Below are positions 27,334 to 35,252 of a stretch of DNA of 59,303 bases, piece after piece. The position numbers and the translations under genes were made by a program. The stretch comes from a virus (taxonomy: Duplodnaviria > Caudoviricetes): positions 1 to 59,303 of IMG/VR virus record IMGVR_UViG_3300005573_000105. One strand, 5' to 3'. The notes under the pieces were generated by a model. The model did no database searches. It had not been told where the DNA came from and worked only from the letters and a program-made list of their open reading frames with translations. Position 1 is the stretch's first letter. Each line of letters opens with the position of its first letter.

Positions 27334-28944
27334 ATGCAGTTGATACATACTGGGAGTCGATTTGAAGTCATCTGTAGCTTCGGTGAATCTGAAATCCCGA
27401 AGAAAGCTGGGTTCCGCTGGGACCAGCGGAAGAAGCGATGGTTCACAGGGAACGCCATCTTGGCCATGCAGTTTATCCAGTTTGCTGATTTTCTAGCACA
27501 CGACATCTTGGCTGCCCATCAAGCCGCGATCGACTCATCCCGAGCACAGGATTCGGATATCTTCATCCCAACTCCCGATGGTCTTAGTTTTCTCCCCTTT
27601 CAGAAGGGTGGCGTGGCCTATTCTGTACCAAGAGAGCACACCTTGAATGGGGATGAGCCTGGGCTGGGTAAGACGATTCAGGCTATCGGGCATATCAATA
27701 AAGAGGAACACATCAAGCGCGTTGCGGTCTGTACCACGGCCAGTCTCAAAATTAACTGGCAACGGGAGATAGAGAAGTGGCAGTCTCGCAACATGAGCGT
27801 CGGCATTGCGGATCGCAAGGCGTGGCCTAACACAGATGTCATCATCTTCAACTATGAGAACGCTATCGAGGCCGCTGAGATGGGGTTGGACGACGTGAAT
27901 TGGGATCTGTTTGTTCTGGATGAGGCGCATTTCCTTAAGAATCCAGATACCAAGCGTACCCAAGCCCTCCTCGGCGTCTGGGATCGCGGGCGCTGCATCC
28001 TTCCACCGGTACGCGCCAAGCAGTACCTCTTCATGACAGGCACGCCAATCATGAACAAGCCGAAAGATCTCTGGCCTATCCTGCGAAAGGTGGACCCAAA
28101 GGGATTGGGCGCTTCCTACTCTGCTTTCACGGAACGCTACTGCAATGGACACATGACCCCCTTCGGGTATGATGCAGAGGGTGCATCCAACCTCTCGGAG
28201 TTACAGGACCGGCTGCGCTCCACTTGTATGGTTCGGAGGTTAAAGAAGGACGTACTACCCGAGCTACCCCTCAAGCGACGTCAGATCATCCCCATTCCGG
28301 CCAGTGTTGCACGTGTCGCTGCCCAGGCAGAACTTGAATTTTACAACAAGCATTCGGACGCTATCGAGCGCGCTAGAGAGCAGGCTGACATGTTCCAGGG
28401 TCGAGGAGATGAGGCGAGCTACAAGAAGGCTACCTCTGATCTGAATTCCCACATGAAGCTGCTCTTTGAGAGCATGAGTTCGTTGCGAAAGGCTACAGGG
28501 TTGGCGAAGGTGCCGTTTGCGAAGACCTTCATTGAGCAAATCCTGCTGGAGTCTGAGAAGTTGGTGGTCTTCGCCCACCACAACGAAGTTCTTGATCTGC
28601 TATTTGCTAAGTTTTCTGGGATCTCTGTGATGCATCGAGGAGAGATGTCCAACGTTGATAAGCAGCGGTCGGTAGACGTCTTTCAGGAGAATCCAAAGTG
28701 CCGATTGTTTTTCGGGTCAATCACCGCTGCTGTAGGCTATACCGTGACAGCTGCCTCGAGAGAGTTGTTTGTAGAACTAGACTGGCGTGCATCGGTTGTT
28801 AAACAAGCAGAAGATCGTTGCGCTCGTATCGGTCAACAGTTTTCTGTTTTGGTACAGCATCTCATCTTTGACAGCTCGCTTGATGCTCTTCAAGTCAAGA
28901 CAATTGTTAGGAAGTTAGAGATAGAGGAACAGGCACTTGGCTAA
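27334..28944 (+). CDS. SNF2-family helicase (SMARCAL1/HARP-like)
   Basis: GDEPGLGKT, VLDEAH, MTGTP, VRRLKKDVL, VVFAHH, QAEDRCARIGQ. Confidence 0.92.
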   Translation: MQLIHTGSRFEVICSFGESEIPKKAGFRWDQRKKRWFTGNAILAMQFIQFADFLAHDILAAHQAAIDSSRAQDSDIFIPTPDGLSFLPFQKGGVAYSVPREHTLNGDEPGLGKTIQAIGHINKEEHIKRVAVCTTASLKINWQREIEKWQSRNMSVGIADRKAWPNTDVIIFNYENAIEAAEMGLDDVNWDLFVLDEAHFLKNPDTKRTQALLGVWDRGRCILPPVRAKQYLFMTGTPIMNKPKDLWPILRKVDPKGLGASYSAFTERYCNGHMTPFGYDAEGASNLSELQDRLRSTCMVRRLKKDVLPELPLKRRQIIPIPASVARVAAQAELEFYNKHSDAIERAREQADMFQGRGDEASYKKATSDLNSHMKLLFESMSSLRKATGLAKVPFAKTFIEQILLESEKLVVFAHHNEVLDLLFAKFSGISVMHRGEMSNVDKQRSVDVFQENPKCRLFFGSITAAVGYTVTAASRELFVELDWRASVVKQAEDRCARIGQQFSVLVQHLIFDSSLDALQVKTIVRKLEIEEQALG

Positions 28945-28956
28945 ATTGGAGGATTT

Positions 28957-29205
28957 ATGAGTTATAAGGAGCAGTTTTGCTGCGATGTATGTTCTACTGA
29001 GAAGAAGGAAACCAATCACTGGTTTGTTGCGACCCTGGATGAACGCGACTACGGCCCGTTATCTGGCCCAACTCTCCATGTCGCTCCTTTCTGCGCAAGT
29101 GATGCAAAGCGTGCAGGGGTCGCGACCCTGTGCGGGGAGCAATGCATCGGGATCTATGTCCACCGACAACTAAAAAACTTAGTTGTGATGAGCGTGGCAA
29201 GTTAG
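28957..29205 (+). CDS. Small zinc-binding hypothetical protein
   Basis: GGAGG RBS; CDVC...LCGEQC. Confidence 0.65.
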   Translation: MSYKEQFCCDVCSTEKKETNHWFVATLDERDYGPLSGPTLHVAPFCASDAKRAGVATLCGEQCIGIYVHRQLKNLVVMSVAS

Positions 29206-30291
29206 ATAGGCCGAAAACCCACTAGGACTTCCTCCGCTATAGCCATACTGTAGTGTGTAGGAAAACGAGCTAGCAGAAATGATGGCTGTGGTCACCGAAG
29301 CCCCAGCAGCTACTTGCCCTGAGTAAGGATTACCTGAGGGGTATGTAGCATTGCATTCTAGAAAGTAATTAGTATCGGCCATGGGAGTAGGTAAGGTTTG
29401 CGTCGAGGCACAAGCTGCATCTCCGTTGTATGGAGCTCCACCAGAACATCCCGGGAAGTTGAACCACTCATCGGCTATAGTTGAGACACACTGCGCATTA
29501 CCACTTACGCCAATTCCTGTCATCTGGCCTGGCTTGGCGCAGGCTGTAGGGGCCGTTTGTAGCGCCGAGGCCGTTCCCGCATTCCCAGTGATGCTAACCC
29601 CAATGGTAGAAGCTAGATCGACGCTAGTTTGATTTGGGGATGCACTGTCTGATAGCACGAAATTGGAGGAGTAGTTAGTAGCATACCGCTGAGTAACTGG
29701 CGTTCCGTTAGATTTTAATGTTTGATAGAAAGGCACAGTGGCTGGTGGAAAGGGGGAGCACAGTGCATCTCCGTTGGCCCCGATTCCATAAGCATACTGA
29801 CCGCCCCCGGTACCGCAGTTAGTAGGTACGTTTTGTAGTGCGGTGGCGGTGGAGGCATTTCCTGTCAACGGGCCAACGAATGATGTTGCTGCCCAAGTAC
29901 CAGCCACGGTTCCGCCGCTGGCCCAGTCATCCGCGAACACGATGTCGGGTATGAAAATGTTTCCCTGCGCAGCTACCACCTCAAGCGCATAGTGCCCGTG
30001 AGATGTACAAAAGAAGTAGTTGCCGCCAGCGTCTGCTGTAAAAGGATTCGTGATTTCATTTCCAGAGCTCAAGGTAGGGCTGTTGTAAATGTTCACGGAG
30101 GCGGAGGCGGCTGGGCAATTAGTAGCAGTGGATCCGGAAGGGCAGAGATAAATCTTGGCATACGGAATAGGAACAATTACCCCGTTGCTGATGCTTTGCG
30201 CTACATCATCCGTACAAACCCCACCTGGAGCCTGAGCAAGCGCGAAGCCTGTCGTAAGGATGAGAGACAATCCTACTAGTTTATGCCACAT
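29179..30291 (-). CDS. Tail-fibre-like protein with N-terminal signal peptide
   Basis: MWHKLVGLSLILTTGFALA-Q; fibre motifs FVGPLTGNASTATAL and ITGNAGTASAL; 12 Cys. Confidence 0.7.
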   Translation of the reverse strand: MWHKLVGLSLILTTGFALAQAPGGVCTDDVAQSISNGVIVPIPYAKIYLCPSGSTATNCPAASASVNIYNSPTLSSGNEITNPFTADAGGNYFFCTSHGHYALEVVAAQGNIFIPDIVFADDWASGGTVAGTWAATSFVGPLTGNASTATALQNVPTNCGTGGGQYAYGIGANGDALCSPFPPATVPFYQTLKSNGTPVTQRYATNYSSNFVLSDSASPNQTSVDLASTIGVSITGNAGTASALQTAPTACAKPGQMTGIGVSGNAQCVSTIADEWFNFPGCSGGAPYNGDAACASTQTLPTPMADTNYFLECNATYPSGNPYSGQVAAGASVTTAIISASSFSYTLQYGYSGGSPSGFSAYLTCHAHHN

Positions 30292-30301
30292 TGGTAGCAC
30301 C

Positions 30302-30838
30302 TCAAACGTTGAAGATTTCTGGATGTGACTGGTATGTCGCTAGTACGTCAGAAGCTCGTTTGGGGTCGGTACTCCAGCGGCTGCCTACCCATTGGAACTT
30401 CCCGTCCGGGAAGGTAAAAAGATTAGTTACAGTACCGTCGCTGTCGCCCTCGACCTCTAGCCAATGTCCAGATACCTCACGAAGGTACTGCTCACCCGAT
30501 GTAGCCTGGAGAGCGCTTGCGTACAGAGGCAATCTCTTAAGTATTGCCATCCGTTCTACGAAGGCTTCCATGTAGGAGTTGAAGATAGGCCAGGTAGCAG
30601 GTTCCAGCTCAGCGACCCCTCGAATAATCTCATTAGTATGCATGGTGATGGTTCTACCCGTCCAACCATTCGGGGCTTTCATTCCGAAGACGTCGTTGGT
30701 TCGCTGACAGAGCTGGCTGTAACCCCAGGCGCTCTCAAGACAGGCCTCTGCGGCTGCGTAGGAGGGAAAGATGTGCCCAGACGCCTTCGCCTGGGCCACC
30801 ATCTGGACCGCAAACTGTTGCTGTAATTCGTGCAGCAT
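30302..30838 (-). CDS. Endolysin, glucosaminidase/FlgJ (GH73)-like
   Basis: AAAEACLESAWGYS, NDVFGMKA, WSTDP. Confidence 0.82.
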   Translation of the reverse strand: MLHELQQQFAVQMVAQAKASGHIFPSYAAAEACLESAWGYSQLCQRTNDVFGMKAPNGWTGRTITMHTNEIIRGVAELEPATWPIFNSYMEAFVERMAILKRLPLYASALQATSGEQYLREVSGHWLEVEGDSDGTVTNLFTFPDGKFQWVGSRWSTDPKRASDVLATYQSHPEIFNV

Positions 30839-30842
30839 GAGG

Positions 30843-30867
30843 AATGTCCTCGGTAGAGGACATTATA
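30843..30867 (-). promoter_or_regulatory. RBS-sequestering hairpin with overlapping TATAAT upstream of endolysin
   Basis: mRNA AAUGUCCUC-uacc-GAGGACAUU perfect 9-bp stem containing SD GAGGA; TATAAT at 30867-30862. Confidence 0.65.
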
Positions 30868-30872
30868 GGAGA

Positions 30873-31238
30873 TTACTTCTTTTTCTGCCCAACTTTCGGC
30901 TGCAGGACTGCGGGAGGTTTGCGCGTCCTCTCAAATGACATCGACTGAAAGTTGTAATTCCAATCATCCCCATAACCTCGCTCTCGCTTCACTTGGGCGA
31001 TGATTTCAAGGACGCGGCTCTTTGCTTGTGCTAACTGTTGCTGCACCGCCTGTGCAGAAGCTTGTATGAGCTGAAAGTCCTTGATGGCCAGCTTGATATC
31101 GGCATCTTGCAGTTGAGTCTTTAACGCCTCCTCACTGGTTGCAGAAGGCGGCACTGGTGATGTTGGGGCGGTTTGTCCGAAAGCGAGGACTGCTGCGAAC
31201 AACAGCGGTGCGCCCATAATTAGCGTACGCTTCTTCAT
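30873..31238 (-). CDS. Exported coiled-coil protein (possible spanin/lysis accessory)
   Basis: MKKRTLIMGAPLLFAAVLAFG-Q signal peptide; coiled coil; next to endolysin. Confidence 0.55.
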   Translation of the reverse strand: MKKRTLIMGAPLLFAAVLAFGQTAPTSPVPPSATSEEALKTQLQDADIKLAIKDFQLIQASAQAVQQQLAQAKSRVLEIIAQVKRERGYGDDWNYNFQSMSFERTRKPPAVLQPKVGQKKK

Positions 31239-31495
31239 TTCTTCCCTCCAAAGGGAGTAAGGATTCTGGATTTCTCTGCGGCGGGGTTCATACCAACAAT
31301 CTGTACCGGCAGAACCTTGAGACAGTCTGGATTTCCGCAATAAACAAGTGACGCAATCTGTCCTTGCGGGAACGAAGTGAACATCAGATTAAGCTTTACG
31401 GGTTTCTGCCCACAGTAGGGGCAACAAGGAAGGTTGTGTTCTGTAGCAGGAACGGTCCCCTCCTTCAAATCAGTTTTGATTTCAACTTCTTCCAT
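31235..31495 (-). CDS. Zinc-ribbon hypothetical protein
   Basis: CPYC...CGNPDC; GAGG RBS. Confidence 0.65.
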   Translation of the reverse strand: MEEVEIKTDLKEGTVPATEHNLPCCPYCGQKPVKLNLMFTSFPQGQIASLVYCGNPDCLKVLPVQIVGMNPAAEKSRILTPFGGKK

Positions 31496-31594
31496 GACAT
31501 TCCTCGAAAGAAAATGGGAAGGTATAAAAGAGAAAACTACCTCTCCAGGGGTTAAAGCTGCCTTGTGTTCTCGTCTCTGCGGACGGGAAGCTTG

Positions 31595-32119
31595 TTAGAT
31601 GTTTAGCGATGGCGGAAATCCACCTATCGCGACCGCGTTATTCCAAGTCTTCGTATATTGGCTTGCCGGGGAATGCCAGATGCTGCGCTTGAAATCTGGC
31701 ACAAGCGCCAATACCTTCGCTTCCGTCTCAGATGCAACCTGCAACTGATAGCTGACGGTTGACTCTTCCTCGGACGCGGTAGCTGTGGCCGGAGCTGAAG
31801 CAGGCTGCGGAGAATTGGCTGTGACCACGCCGATGACGGCCTCAACGCCGGCAAGGATGATGTTCGCAAGAGAAGCGTCAGCCGGTGGAATAGGAAGTGT
31901 GTTGAAGACAGTCTGAAAGTCTCCAATCAACTGTAGGACATTCTGCGCGGCAGTTCCCTGCTTCCAGTTTTGCAACGCCACCAAGGCAGCTTTGTAGGCT
32001 GTAATCGCTGCGATTCCATTGGGCGTGTTGCTCAGGTTTTCGAACGTGAGAAGCGAGACGATGGAAGGCTCAATTGCCGCCATCAAGGACGCTGCGGTTG
32101 CTGCTGCTTTTTGACACAT
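31595..32119 (-). CDS. Ala-rich amphipathic hypothetical protein starting Met-Cys
   Basis: AGGAGA RBS; lysis-region position. Confidence 0.65.
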   Translation of the reverse strand: MCQKAAATAASLMAAIEPSIVSLLTFENLSNTPNGIAAITAYKAALVALQNWKQGTAAQNVLQLIGDFQTVFNTLPIPPADASLANIILAGVEAVIGVVTANSPQPASAPATATASEEESTVSYQLQVASETEAKVLALVPDFKRSIWHSPASQYTKTWNNAVAIGGFPPSLNI

Positions 32120-32131
32120 AAGATTCTCCTT

Positions 32132-32866
32132 TTAGCGAATCATTGCCAAGTCCTGATTGAGTTGCGCCATGTTAAATCCGTCTGGGGATAGACCGTTGCG
32201 ATTGAGCCATTCGGGGGAAATTAAAGCGTAGCCTTCGTTGAAGTATTTCAGGAAAAATCCCCAGCTCATACTGTAGATGCGACCCCAACTGATGGCCTTT
32301 GGCCCCACTGCATCATATCCGCACAGGGTCACGCAGTGCCCACCAGCAATTCCTCCATCATCCGCTACGATTGTCCACATATTCTGACTGAATGCACTGT
32401 TTGGAAACTCCAGCCCGCAATACATCCCACCGAACAGGTTGATTGCTTGCTTGACCTCCAGCACGTTTTGCACATCAACCGAGGCGTAGGCACTCAGAGA
32501 ATTACCTTCAAGCGTCTGCGCCTTCCACAGTCGGAGCACGTCGTACAGGATGCCACCCTGATCGGTTGCCGGGTTGCCATAAACGTATCCGCACCATTTC
32601 TCGTAATACTTCAGCGCCTCGCCGTCGTCGACTGTATCCTCAAGCCCGGTATTCAGCGTCCACAACATGCATTGATGCAGCGCACCAGCTATTGTGCAAT
32701 CGCCCAAAGAATCATTGAGTAAAACTTTGAAGTCTGTTTGCCCGTGGGTCAGGTCCAGGGAATCTGGGGGAGAGGGAAGTTGCGGCGTGAGGTAGGAACG
32801 CACTTTTAGCGTCCGCGAATCCGTCTTAACCGCTTTGACGCCGAGTTTTCTATCTTCTGGAACCAT
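32132..32866 (-). CDS. Papain-like (C1-related) cysteine peptidase
   Basis: LGDCTIAG nucleophile region, GGHCV.LCGYD, ISWG. Confidence 0.72.
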   Translation of the reverse strand: MVPEDRKLGVKAVKTDSRTLKVRSYLTPQLPSPPDSLDLTHGQTDFKVLLNDSLGDCTIAGALHQCMLWTLNTGLEDTVDDGEALKYYEKWCGYVYGNPATDQGGILYDVLRLWKAQTLEGNSLSAYASVDVQNVLEVKQAINLFGGMYCGLEFPNSAFSQNMWTIVADDGGIAGGHCVTLCGYDAVGPKAISWGRIYSMSWGFFLKYFNEGYALISPEWLNRNGLSPDGFNMAQLNQDLAMIR

Positions 32867-32913
32867 ACGAGTCTATTATACCGAAAAACCTCAGCCTTCA
32901 GGGAGCGGAGCAA

Positions 32914-33147
32914 TCAAGCTGCCCTGTTAAGGCTCTGGAAATACATTGCCGCCGCCACGCATCCGGCCTGCAACGCACCATGCGCCACCGGAATCCACGG
33001 GTGATGGCTCAGCCATGCGGTAAAGATCGCTTGCTGATTCAGATAGAGCCAAACGGCCTCGGCAATGCCGAACAGCGCCACCAGCGCGTGTGCGCATGGT
33101 TTAGCATGCAAAACGTTAGTTAGAAATCCCATCGTTGCCTCCGTCAT
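32914..33147 (-). CDS. Holin-like two-TM membrane protein
   Basis: Two hydrophobic segments; lysis region; alternative start at MGF. Confidence 0.55.
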   Translation of the reverse strand: MTEATMGFLTNVLHAKPCAHALVALFGIAEAVWLYLNQQAIFTAWLSHHPWIPVAHGALQAGCVAAAMYFQSLNRAA

Positions 33148-33334
33148 TGAAGAATTCCTTGATTGGGCGTTCCTTGCCGCGCACTGAAACGAATCGGCCG
33201 CGCTCGTCCTTCACACGTTCGAACTTCGCCAGCTTCTCCCGTAACCCGCGATTCTCGACTGAGTTTATCAGTCCCCAGAACAGAAGCCCTATGGCCGCAC
33301 CCACCAACAACATGTCCCACATAGCACACCTCAC
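33116..33334 (-). CDS. Single-TM membrane protein
   Basis: N-terminal TM followed by a charged tail. Confidence 0.55.
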   Translation of the reverse strand: MRCAMWDMLLVGAAIGLLFWGLINSVENRGLREKLAKFERVKDERGRFVSVRGKERPIKEFFNDGGNDGISN

Positions 33335-33341
33335 GGATCCT

Positions 33342-33905
33342 TTAGTTCACCTGCATGACATATTCAGTTTTTGCGTCCAACATGCATCCCATTGGCGTCA
33401 GATTCCCGCCATTCGATGCCGGTGTAAAAGGCACACTTCCAAGTCTCCATTCCCATTGCAGATACCCAGAGCAATACAGCCTGTTGTCTGTCTCATGCGG
33501 GAGGACCCATGGCATGATCTTGTGCTCAAGAATCTGGAACTCTTCCTTAATCTCATATTGCCTGCCCAGCGCCTGTAGCGCCTGGCCGCATGCTTGAGCG
33601 ATGTCGAGCGCCGTAGCGCCCGCACGGCGGCACAGCAGCATCCGGTTTTTGCTTCGAGCGTAATGGCTCAAGGGCAGCATCCGGCAGCCATTGCAGAAGG
33701 GCGTGAACACCGCCTCGGTCTCATACATCTCATCGCTGTACTCTGGAAACGTCCACAGGCTGATGACATGGCTCGGCCCCAGCATCTCTGCGGACTCAGT
33801 CAGTTCCTCGATGGCATAGCTGATCGGTGTCTTGTCCCACAGAAACAGATAGTCCCCCGGCTTCGCGACCCCCAGCATGTCCGCAAACGTTCCTACTGCG
33901 CTCAT
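33342..33905 (-). CDS. Permuted papain-like NlpC/P60 (YaeF/YiiX-like) enzyme
   Basis: KPGDYLF, PSHV, ALGRQY, LYCSGY, LTP order typical of permuted NlpC/P60. Confidence 0.72.
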   Translation of the reverse strand: MSAVGTFADMLGVAKPGDYLFLWDKTPISYAIEELTESAEMLGPSHVISLWTFPEYSDEMYETEAVFTPFCNGCRMLPLSHYARSKNRMLLCRRAGATALDIAQACGQALQALGRQYEIKEEFQILEHKIMPWVLPHETDNRLYCSGYLQWEWRLGSVPFTPASNGGNLTPMGCMLDAKTEYVMQVN

Positions 33906-34156
33906 ACGATCTCCCCTCGGCTGTGCAGCTTCGCCGTTGCCACACCAGCGTCGTAGCCCTGTCTCCACGCGTTGACCTCGCTGAGCTTCACGTCGATTCC
34001 ATCGAGGCGCGTGCGATGCTTCTCCAGAATCTTCGCGTGCTCCATCGACTGTTGCATGTTGACCGCCACCTTTTCCGACAGCTTCCCGTAAACGTAGGCC
34101 ACCCCAACTATCTGGATAATTAGTGTCCCGACCAGCATTGAGACTTCAAAATTCAA
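33902..34156 (-). CDS. Holin-like TM plus coiled-coil protein
   Basis: AAGGAGG RBS with TTG start; one TM followed by a coiled coil. Confidence 0.6.
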   Translation of the reverse strand: MNFEVSMLVGTLIIQIVGVAYVYGKLSEKVAVNMQQSMEHAKILEKHRTRLDGIDVKLSEVNAWRQGYDAGVATAKLHSRGEIV

Positions 34157-34182
34157 GGTACACCTCCTTTACCATCAATGCG

Positions 34183-34293
34183 TCATCCTAGCGAATCACC
34201 GCCCTCGCCGTGAAAGACTACGTTATCGAGCCTGCTCACTCTGCCCTCCAACTTGACGATTCGCTCGCCGTGACCCCACTGGCTATCGCTCAT
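34183..34293 (-). CDS. 36-aa ORF, possible remnant of a coiled-coil/holin-like gene
   Basis: AAGGA RBS; MSDSQWGHGERIVKLEGRVSRLDNVVFHGEGGDSLG. Confidence 0.35.
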   Translation of the reverse strand: MSDSQWGHGERIVKLEGRVSRLDNVVFHGEGGDSLG

Positions 34294-34389
34294 TTTTTGT
34301 CCTTGGCAAGTAGCTAAATTACGCAGAACCTGGAAAATTGCCGCCTCGGATGGCCGCGTCTGTTTGCGCGACTTCCGCTCCCAACTGGA

Positions 34390-35250
34390 TTATGGCGGAT
34401 AGATGGATACCTGCACCTCGTCTATATAGGCCGCAATGGTGCCACCATTGCTGTTGCCGTCCAGTTGGAACTGGAAATTGAACTTGTTCGTCCCGGAATC
34501 GGCCAGATCATCATAAGTATAAGACGCCCCGGCGTCCGCGAAAAGCAGCACGCCATCCACAGCGAAGTCAACATATTGGTAGGTCCCGGTGCTTCTGTCA
34601 AAAAGCACCAGTATTTGCAAATGGTGCCAGGTATTGGTGGCCGCGAGGTACGACGAAGCGTCAAAGTTGGTCTTCACCCAGGAGTTGCCCGCCGTGTTCC
34701 ATAGTCCCCAGCACTCTGTAGCCGGAGAGATGCAGTCCCCCGAATAGAACGAGGCGCGAACGCTTCCGAAGTACCTGTCGGTGCCGTCAAATAGGTCGGG
34801 GTCGTACTCGTATTGCTGGACAAGGCCGTTGTTTGAGGATGGGAAATAGATATAGAAGTCGGCCCGTATATACATCTGGCCAGTGAACTGGCAGCCCCCG
34901 GAAAGCGTCCCGCATCCCAGGCCAAGGTAAGTAAGAACATTGCAGTAATAGCCGGAGGTTCCGGTATGAGTGACCTCCATCGATGCGCCCGACAATGAAG
35001 GGCTTGCCACCCCCTGCGTCAGACCGTAGGCGTTCGTCACGCAACCCGATTGCGAGCCAGCGCGGCTGTCATCCACCTGTGACCATACATTGCTAGAATT
35101 CTGCAAATTGGAAAACGTTTCGGCCCCGGGCGGCACGGCGGGAAAGCCGGTCAGGAACGATGCATTTATCTGCGGCCCTTGCACCTGCAGGCTGCCGCAA
35201 AGCAGTGGCCAAAGCAGGAACAGCGGGAGCGCCAATGTTATCTTCTTCAT
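34390..35250 (-). CDS. Signal-peptide-bearing beta-sandwich (lectin/LamG/lyase-like) protein
   Basis: MKKITLALPLFLLWPLLCGSL-Q; NTWHHLQI, VDGV, YIDEV; 3 Cys pairs. Confidence 0.65.
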   Translation of the reverse strand: MKKITLALPLFLLWPLLCGSLQVQGPQINASFLTGFPAVPPGAETFSNLQNSSNVWSQVDDSRAGSQSGCVTNAYGLTQGVASPSLSGASMEVTHTGTSGYYCNVLTYLGLGCGTLSGGCQFTGQMYIRADFYIYFPSSNNGLVQQYEYDPDLFDGTDRYFGSVRASFYSGDCISPATECWGLWNTAGNSWVKTNFDASSYLAATNTWHHLQILVLFDRSTGTYQYVDFAVDGVLLFADAGASYTYDDLADSGTNKFNFQFQLDGNSNGGTIAAYIDEVQVSIYPP

Positions 35251-35252
35251 AA

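Noticed and set aside
31496-31594. Terminator or ncRNA upstream of the zinc-ribbon gene
   Set aside because: Only a weak imperfect stem; not supportable
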